A stretch of 61,102 bases of DNA, the filler included, from Pirum gemmata (taxonomy: Eukaryota), in NCBI GenBank assembly GCA_002812295.1. It is 17 parts of 17 records of this genome, joined end to end, with 100 filler letters (N's around TTAATTAATTAA, not from the genome) between each part and the next. Parts side by side here need not be neighbours in the genome. Positions count along the whole stretch, not along the records: positions 48,693 to 54,377 come from PDIN01002987.1; positions 54,478 to 57,736 come from PDIN01002988.1; positions 57,837 to 61,102 come from PDIN01002989.1; 14 more parts are not named here. The stretch is one strand, 5' to 3'. The translations under genes were made by a program, and so were the position numbers. Positions 51,506 through 61,102 of the stretch are shown piece after piece; the stretch's first letter is position 1; every line of letters begins with the position of its first letter. The notes below the pieces were generated by a model. That model did no database searches. It was not told the DNA's origin and saw only the letters and a program-made list of their open reading frames with translations.

Positions 51506-52984
51506 TTTGTTTATGATTGAATATTGTTTTGTCTATTTTATTTGTTTGTTTTTAATAGAAAGTTATTTTTTAAAATCTTATTTTTATATATGTATTTACT
51601 TTTTGTAATAATGATTTTATTTTTTTTTTCTGGACGACCTCTGTTTATTTATATATTTTTTTTTCTTATAATATTGTTCAAATAGGGGGGATATTTTCAG
51701 TTTCCAGAATTGTGCTAAAAAAAAACGTAAGCTGTTATTAATGCTGGTTTTTGATTATTTTTTTTCTACAGGGTTTTTTTGGAAGGGCCTTTTTTTATGT
51801 CTTTCTATTTTATTATATATCTTCTAGTTCATTACAACTGTCTTCTTGTTAGATTTTATCAGAAATAAATAAAATTTAGTCTTTGTAAAATCTATTACTT
51901 CTCAATCTTTAATTTGGTACTGTTTAAGTGTATAATTGAACTTGTTTAGAAAATAAAACATTAAGTATAAAATACCAAATTAATTAAAACATGTCTGATA
52001 ATAATAATTTGTTATGTTTATTTCANGAACAGATGCTTATCAAGCCAACCTTAGTTCCGTGTTTTTACTAATAATAGGAGTTAAATAGCTTAAAATAGTA
52101 AATATAATTATAAAAGATACTAATTCAAGTAATAATAATAACAGTAATAGTAATAAAACCATAAAATCGGAAAAGTTCTGGCAGCAGGTTCGGTAATAAT
52201 AAATATGATACTACTTGATACTATGGCGCAAACAATCAAAAACGACCTACTTTTTTACTAGTTAAAAGTCACCCATTTTTTTATATAATATGTTCGATTA
52301 TTTCAAATATGTTTAATAACTATTAAAACTACTTATATTCGAAAACTGAAATTATAGTGAAACTCAAAAGTTGAACGTTTTTAGCTTGTTTGTACTATAC
52401 TACTTTTTGGGTCTAAGAATTTTTTTTTTTTTTATTATTATGATAAGAAAAAAAATACAGATTTACAACAGATTTATAATCCCCCTACAGATTATACATA
52501 AACTTACAAAGCATATAATAATTTTAATTTTTAATTTTAAAATTAAAAATAAAAGGATGAATAATAAATAGTAAATAATAATAAAATTTAATAGTAAATA
52601 ATAATTTGATAATAAATAATGAATAATAAATAATAAATATTGAATATTGAATATTGATTAAATAATGAATAATGAATAATAATTATTATAATAAATGATA
52701 AATAATAATAAAAATGAATAATAAATGTTAATTAAATAATAAATAATAAATAATAAATAATATAATAAATAATAAATAATAAAAAATAATAATAAAAAAC
52801 AAAAAATAAATTTAATAATAAATAACAATAAATAATAAACTATAAACTATAAAATTTAATAATAAAGAATAAAATTTAATAATAAATAATTAATAATAAA
52901 ATTTAATGATAAATAATAATAAATAATAAATAACATTAATAAATAACAATAAATTTAATAAATAATAACCAAAAAATAATAATG

Positions 52985-53390
52985 AATAAACAATAAACAA
53001 TAAACAATAAACAATAAACAATAAACAATAAACAATAAACAGTAAACAAAAAACAATAAACAATAAANAATAAACAATAAACAGTAAACAATAAAAAATA
53101 AAAAATAAACAATAAATAATTACACTAGACAAAAAACAATAAACAATAAACAAACAATAAACAATAAACAATAAACAATACAATATAAACAATAAACAAT
53201 AAACAATAAACAATAAACAATAAACAATAAACAATAAACAATAAACAATAAACAATAAACAATAAACAATAAACAATAAACAATACACTATAAACAATAA
53301 ACAATAAACAATAAACAATAAACAATAAACAATAAACAATAAACAATAAACAATAAACAATAAACAATAAACAATAAACAATAAGCAATA
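52985..53390 (+). repeat. (AATAAAC)n heptamer satellite
   Basis: Read directly. Source of the spurious FIVYCLL ORFs. Confidence 0.95.
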
Positions 53391-54302
53391 AAGTATACAA
53401 TAAATAGTACCAAAGTAATAAAATATAAACCCATGTATTGGTTTAAAAATGACAATTTAAAGATTATAACCTTCCAAATAAATATTCAGAGTGACAAAAT
53501 AAATGAAAATCACGATAATATTTATAAATAGATATAGTAGTGTCGTACACCACTGTACACCAGTAATTCAAATAAAATAATAATTATTGTGAAATTATTT
53601 TTTAATTAATTAAATTTGAATACCAAACAGTACATGTAGAAAATGATAATAATAATATATTCATTGCAGCAAGAAGTACAGTCGGTCCAGCTGCTCTCTA
53701 GACTAGCACCATCGTTGGGATTCTTTGCAAAAAGTAAAGAAAAATCTTAGAGCACAACCAATAAAAATAAAGACCAAATCAAAAGAGATCAGCACGACCA
53801 ATAAAAATACAGGCCAAATTTGTAAAAAAAAAGGACTTCGTCGCTTATATATAAACATAAAAATAAACATAAAAATATGTATAAACATATTATATACATA
53901 TGCATACCTCCAAAATTAATAATACCAGTAATAATAAAACAATAATAACAATACCCAATTAATCATTAAGCATAATTTGATATATAATATTTAATAATAA
54001 TAATAATAACCATGATGATTTCCATCCTGATATATAGGAACTACTTTCTCTTTCTTCTATTTTGACTCGGAAAACCAACTATTATGAAAATAACGTGGCC
54101 GTAGATGTTTTTAAGAGTTTCGGACAAGATCGAAAAAACGAATACTTGTCTATACAAACAAGTTGATATTAATTATTATAATAATAATAATAATAGTAGT
54201 AGTAGCAGTATGTATAGTAGTAGTAGTAGTAGTAGTATGTATAGTAGTAGTAGTAGTAGTAGTAGCTGTAGTAGTAGTAGTAGTCGTAATAGTATTAGAA
54301 AG

Positions 54303-54342
<40 letters not shown>

Positions 54343-54760
54343 CCATTATTACTGTTATTATTTATTGTTGTTGTTACNNNNNNNNNNNNNNNNNNNNNNN
54401 NNNNNNNNNNNNNNNNNNNNNTTAATTAATTAANNNNNNNNNNNNNNNNNNNNNNNNNNNNNNNNNNNNNNNNNNNNTAATAATAATAATAATAATGATA
54501 AATGCTAATGATAATGATGAATCAAGCGTAATAACTATGATGAAACGAAAAAGGTTTAAGTTTATTTTATTAGTATGATTATCATTCTTAGTTTTTTGTT
54601 GACATTATTTGATCTATTAACTTGCTTTTAAACCATTATACTTTAGTCATACAAAATTTAAAAATGTGTATTATTGGCATTATCATTATTTTATTATTAT
54701 TAGTAGTAATACCATTATTATTATCATTATTATCCTTATTTTCAAAAGCAAAAGTTAATA

Positions 54761-57594
54761 CTAATCATTTAACATTTTCATAAGTGATGAAATCCCATTA
54801 TTGAATAGTTGATCCATCTCGTTATTGAACTCTTCTTCATTTTCATTATGCAAAGCGCCAAGTACGCGATTTAGAGACTCTTCCGCGCTCTTTTCATTAT
54901 CTTTGAGCTTCTTCTTTTCAGCATACCCTGGACCACAAGCAATCGAAAATTCATACCCATACTGACGAATGTTGCCAGTGCCCCTATCAACTAAATAAGT
55001 GCCAGCTAAATGATCCATACATCCATTAATGCACACCTGCTGCTTTTGATCATATAATCCTCTTTTGTTTTTGAGCTTCAATAAATTTGGCGGAGTGCTG
55101 GTGTGGATTTCGTATTCAAATCCAAACTGAGAGGCAGGTTTTTTTATATAATCACCAGGTGCAATGGAAGACCAAAGAACGGTATCACATTTATCACAAT
55201 GGATTGCAATTCTGCCTTGTTTATTCCGATCACGCTCTTGTTGTTCTTGTTGTTGTTGTTTCGCTAAGATTTCTTTTTCTTTTTGTTCTTCTTCCCGTCG
55301 TTGTTGTTGTTCTGCCAATCTCTCCCGTCGATGTTGTTGTTCTGCCAACTTTTGTTCTTGCAGTTTTTTCTCTTGCTCACGTTGTTTTTTGTAATAAGGA
55401 CACTCTTCTTCCTGGGTGTTTTTTCGCTTTAACCAACTATCAGTATTCTTGGCACTTTCAAAACTGAGCCAAAGACGATCACTGTGGTATGTATTTGGTT
55501 TTGTTTTATCATGCAAATGTAACTGATAAGCGTATCCACCCAATGCCCCCATAACCCTCAATAAATGAGCAATGACACTAGGAATATTCTGTGGTACAAC
55601 GTCAGTTTCAATTTCCGCATCGTCTCCCGAATAGCGCTCTATAACCGCGAAATGTGCCTGCGTAGAAATCAACATTTTTAAGTATTGAATCTTGTCGGTT
55701 TTCTTGGTCGTTTTAGAAAAGGAAATCTCAAAACTTTTTGTTATTTTATTGACTTCCTTATCCGTTAACGAATCAGAATCTGGTCTTAACACTTGCTGCA
55801 GACCGTGTGATTGATCAGATGTTAAATTGGCTATGGCACCCCAATCAAGGAGCTGAACGATTGGAGTTCCGTTTTGTTTGTGTTGTGTAATATAAACATT
55901 TCCCGGATGAGGATCACAATGAAATTGTTGCTTTTCAAAAATCATATGGCCATATGCCAATACTAAAGATTCAAAAATTTGTTCCTTTTGTTTAAGTGTA
56001 AATAGTGTATTGTTCGGATTAAAAATTTCGTCTATCTTACTAGCTTCACCCTACGAGAAATAATAAATATCAATTAATTATTAATATAAACAAATTAAAA
56101 CAATTAATGTGAAATCACAAGTTTAATTTTTTGTGATTTTAGATACTGTAGTAATATTTGTTGAATGAAAATTAAAAATGGGCACAGTAAATAATGAAAA
56201 ATATTGATAACCAAACTAAACTAAAACAAAACACATAACACGTGACTAACCTTCCCCATATGATGAATATTTCGCATGAGCATTGTCGTTTTGCATGTTA
56301 CACTTGAAGTAGCGATTGGTTCAGGAACAACTACTGGCACTTTGTTAGGTTTATTTTTGAAAAACTTATCCATCATATCCTTCCCTTGCATTGTAGAAAT
56401 GCATTCACTATTCAAATCAAACTCCTCGACAACTGCTTCGTACGTACTACTAACCAATACCATAAGTAACTGAATCTTATTATCAATCATCGTTCTGTTT
56501 TTGATGTTGTCAATACTTGCTACCAATCTTTTTTGTTGCCTTACATTATTTTCGTTATCTTCATTGATGATCTTAACCACACCGTGAAAGTCGTTTTTCA
56601 TTTCGATCAAATGCACTTGCCCCACTGACGCAGCCGCAATGGGAGTGCAAGTAAATTTTTTGACGTCATTCCAAGGGTAAGATTTCAATTTTTGTTTTAC
56701 CCGTTTTTCATCCATGTAAGGTAATTCAGCCTGGCAACTTTTTAACTCTTTTCTTATTTCTTTAGATTTAATAATATCAGGTCTTTCGGCTAAATTTTGG
56801 GCCACTTTTGGGAAAATACCACCTACTTTTCTAAATAATTCCGCCATATTTTTTCCTATTTCTTTTTCTTTTTTGACATCATTTTTTTCTAGACTAGATA
56901 ATTGACAGGCTAAAGCCTGTGCCAAAATTATAGTTTCCAGGTTCCCACATTGCCTGACACTGTGGTAAACAAATCGTAAAGTAGCAAGTGGTTGACAGAA
57001 AAAGAACCAAAACAACTCTGGTTTAACTAAGCTCATAACTTCTTTCCCTTTTCCACTTTTCAGTGCGAGAATTATAGTGACGATAGTAACTACACTTAAA
57101 ACACTGGTAGAAAACAAAAACGATAGTATAGTAACTAGCAGTGACTGGTATTCATATGGCCGGTTATCATATGGCTGGTATCCATATGACTGGGATCCAT
57201 AGCCAGGGCCTTTAGTGAAATAGTTGCAAGATTTTCCTTCCGTGCCTTTGGCATCGCCACGTATGAATTGTAAATTTTGTCCTTGCAAATTTTCAATTTT
57301 ATGTGTGGTTCCTACCACAATTTGTTTAGTGTTATCAATAACCTGAGTTTTTAAGGAGTTACAGCCATCTGGAAATACACATCGCTTATTTGCTTGTCCG
57401 GAAGTCTGTTTCCCAATGTAGCATATTTCTCTTTTTAACTGGGCACCTGAGGCCCAGGCTGAGGGAATACAAGTAAACTTTAGATAAAAATTTGGTGAGA
57501 CAAAACCCTCACATTCTACGTCTTTGACGACTAATGTACCTGTACTGGTTTGTAAAAACACGAAGATAAATATTAAAATTGTATATAAAACCAT
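54761..57594 (-). CDS. UbiB/ABC1 (ADCK) atypical kinase with signal peptide, ectodomain and TM helix; two exons, ~877 aa
   Basis: Exon 1 (57594-56251, donor AAG|GTTAGT) and exon 2 (56050-54761, acceptor CGTAG) join in phase 0. Motifs GGIFPKVAQ.LA.RPD, PIAAASVGQVH, VVKI, EEFDL..E, FHCDPHPGN, LLDWG. Confidence 0.9.
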
Positions 57595-57873
57595 TTTCCT
57601 TTGTTGGGAGCTAACTGAAAAAAAATTGAATATATATAAAGTGCTATTGATATTTATTTCTATCTACGATGTAATATATATTATATATATTTAATTAATT
57701 GAATAAATTTTACTATTATTGTTATTATTATTATTANNNNNNNNNNNNNNNNNNNNNNNNNNNNNNNNNNNNNNNNNNNNTTAATTAATTAANNNNNNNN
57801 NNNNNNNNNNNNNNNNNNNNNNNNNNNNNNNNNNNNGTCTGAGCTACTGGAGCCCTACTACTACTACTACAGT

Positions 57874-58017
57874 CCCTAACCCTAACCCTGAAGTTGCCTG
57901 AACCCTAAAACCCTAACCCTAACCCTAACCCTAACCCTAACCCTAACCCTAACCCTAACCCTAACCCTAACCCGATTAAACCCTAACCCTAACCCTAACC
58001 CTAATTAACCCTAACCC
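57874..58017 (+). repeat. (CCCTAA)n telomere-repeat array near contig start
   Basis: Interrupted array, read directly. Confidence 0.93.
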
Positions 58018-60083
58018 AATTTACAATTATTATAAAAGATTATAAAAATCATACTTTTTTCAGATAATATAATAATATGTCAATAGGTCTATTTATTATA
58101 ATTTTCTTGAGAAGTTCTAGCTAGAAGTGCAACATGAAACTGACTAACTACTAGCTATGATACAGATAATATGTCTAGTCATTATTATATATTATCATAA
58201 TCCGATAGGTCTGTTTATTATATTATTATTATATTAATAATAATTATTCTTTTAATTAATAAGGCTAAAGCTTGAGAAGTTCTAGCTAGAAGTGCAACAT
58301 GAAACTGACTAACTAGCTACAGTTTAGCTATAACTAGGTTTAGCTAGGTTACTATATTGTATTATTATAAATTATAAATACAACGTTAAAACATATTGAT
58401 GTATAATATTATTGACATAATTAATTTATAACTGTTATTAATAAAACATATATCATATAGGACCAGTCTATGATAGCTATTAGTATCGTGCTTTTCAGTT
58501 ATTTTGTCGTCAATAAAATAGTACCAAATTAATACAATGTAAATCCATTTCATGTAATTTGGTATATTTTATTATATATTTATTTATTTAAAAGTATCAA
58601 TTTAAATATTATAAACAACCAAATAAATATTTGAAGTGACAAAATAAATGAAAAGCATAATAGATTGGTATTAATACTATTAAATAATATAGTGAGTTCA
58701 TGCATGATCACAAGGAGTTCAAGATGAATCAGCATGTACAATTTTTTTTGTTTCTTTTATGATAGACCAGGTCTAGACTTTATAGACTGAATTAGAAAAA
58801 TTAAGAATAAAAAAATATTATATTAATATATGTATCATATATCTAAATATACTTGATATTTCTTTGAGTCTTTTATTAGACTAATAATTATCCATAAAAT
58901 TATTATCATTCAAATGTGGGCTCGAGTTAGTTAGCTAGCTATGATAGCTAGTAGAATCGACCCCAAACCCAACCCTAAATCCCAATCCCAACTCAAGTAA
59001 TTCTACCAGTCGGATAGTCTATGGATTATGTATAATGTATGTAGTACTGAGTCTATGATAGGATTTATGTAAATAATTAGCAATGTATATAGACTATAGT
59101 ATTCTATATTTTCTGATATTTTTTTTTTAAATAAAAAACCTTGTGAATCTGAAGTTGTGAATCAAGAGTATCATGAGAATCATGAGGGTAAAATCTTATC
59201 TGCCTTGGAATTTTTAAAAAAAATCTGTGAGACACTTGTGAAAGTTGTGAACTTGTGAGTCTTGTGAGACTGTGAAATCATCACAGTGAAATCCCTGTGA
59301 GTCTGTGAAGTGTGAAATCAGTGTGAAAGGGAAATACCAAATGGTTGAAGAGTTTCTAATGTTTGTCAGTATCGAAAGTTCGAATCATATTGTTATAAAT
59401 AAAAAAATAACAAAAATTTGTTTTTTGAATTACGATCGATTTATTTTCGAGCTACTTTTCAAAAAAATACAATAATTTTTTTTCAAGCTCTCCATAGTAG
59501 TACTAGTCTACTAGTAGCTAGCTAGTAGTGCCCAGAACAGTTCCCAGAACTGTACCCAGACTTTACCTGTACTGTGTGGAATGTGTGTTACAGTGTGTAT
59601 CCAGCTGTGTATCCTCTGCTTTTCGCCCCGATAGAAAATGAGTTACCCATACTTAGTAGTACTACTACTATCATAGTCTTGTTTCCAAACTGTTTCCAAG
59701 GAGTTTTTTTTTCTCGGACTCCTTGATGTTTTTCACTTGTTTTTCACGCATAGTCTAGCTAGCTAGAGCATAGTAGGGGGGTGACCCGGGGGTCTTGACT
59801 CTTTAGTCTGGCAGGTAGTCAACATAATTTTAGTATATATCAATATTTATCATATAACTATATTTATATACAGTATACCAGTCAACAACTAAGTATTATT
59901 GAGTCTTTGTCATTTAATTCATTAAAGAAATTTCGCTGATTGCCTACTGTTAGAAATCATTTCAAATTATGTGTGGAAATAAAAATTTTAAAGATATTCA
60001 CTGTCATGGTATTTACTTATGTTGTCACAGAAAAAATACAACCATTTTAATAGTTTATAATGTAGTAGTGATATTCAATATTG

Positions 60084-60115
<32 letters not shown>

Positions 60116-60280
60116 CAGTGATAATGAAATAATAAGGAAAAGATGCACAATCGTAATTCAACTAGCAATAAATAAAGGTGACATAAAATACGGGGCATAT
60201 ACTTGTTCATATTGTTCAATGCATAAAGCCCGGGATCTGAAGGTGAACGAGGAGTGGCCTCATTTAACACGATGCCAGTA

Positions 60281-61102
60281 TTAAAATCGTAGATATTTCC
60301 TAAAGAATTTCTATATTTATTAATACAATAAATAATATGTAATTATGGTCAGAAAAAAAAACATTAGAGATTAAGTAAACATACCACTTCGATTGCAGTA
60401 TTCTAATAATATTTGTTATGGTGACATTATTGCGTATTGTTAGTAATATAGGCGTGGATGGATTATAATTTAATTCAGTTTAGTGTTTGAATTCGAACGG
60501 TCAAGATACAAACACACTTATGTTGTTGGTTTAGTAAAAGTAGAGTTGGTATTGATGAGTTAAATACAGATATACAGCTGTTGTTGGTTTAGCAAAGGTG
60601 GTGGTGGGATCGTTGATTTAAAAGGTTATCAATACCTGACAATGCCACTCTGGATAAGAGGATCTGTAAAATATAAAAATTATAAAAACAAATTAACAAA
60701 ACAACCAAAGAAAAATAGACATCTAGTAAAAATAAATAATACGAAAAAGTTACTATATTTGCACGTAAAAAATAAATAAGAAGAATATTATACTTGGGGT
60801 GTGAAAGGAATTAATGTTACCTGTAATACCAGAGATAGGTTTGCTTAAATTCGTTAAATTTGATGGATTATTATTATTAGAGCAGTTTTCACTGTTATTA
60901 TGCTTGTTATTGTTGTTGTTACTGTTGTAATGGTGGTTATTGCCATTACCGTTATTGTTAAAACTATTATTATTCCTGCTGTTACAGCTAGTGTTGTTGA
61001 TTTTGTTGTTCCTGTTGTTGCAATTGTTATTGTTATTATAGTTATTATTGTTGTTAGTGCTATTGTTTCCGTTATTGCTGTGACTTTTATTATTATTATT
61101 AT
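60281..61102 (-). CDS. Probable 3' exons of an Asn-rich protein of unknown function
   Basis: Open Asn-rich frame 61102-60821 (donor GTAACA), then candidate exons 60663-60636, 60402-60385 and 60299-60281 with GT-AG borders and a TACTAAC site, giving ...KPISGITDPLIQSGIVRILQSKWKYLRF*. No domain recognised. Confidence 0.45.

Overview
Very AT-rich microbial-eukaryote DNA with spliceosomal GT-AG introns, TTAGGG-type telomere repeats and the standard genetic code. It is not one continuous locus: 16 artificial 100-nt linkers (N44-TTAATTAATTAA-N44) join 17 unrelated contigs, most about 3.2-3.3 kb, so adjacency across linkers means nothing. Genes or fragments recognised by eye: an ankyrin-repeat protein exon, a Nop12/RBM34-like RRM protein, two convergent spondin_N paralogues, four exons of BIO3-BIO1 (DAPA aminotransferase part), a TrhO/TSTD2-like first exon, a polyQ GATA factor, the last exon of LSm2, two exons of a PGSIP7/8-like GT8 glycosyltransferase, an ankyrin pseudogene, an intronless GH7-CBM1 cellulase, and a two-exon UbiB/ABC1 atypical kinase. 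The kinase is the best candidate for something new because it has a receptor-like layout (signal peptide, Cys ectodomain, TM helix, kinase, coiled coil, putative Zn domain). Non-coding DNA holds at least six MITE families, Ty3/gypsy and L1/Tx1 relics, interstitial telomere arrays and a pervasive (CTAG)n / short-palindrome insertion signature. All family calls come from motif recognition; no database search was run and the organism is not identified.
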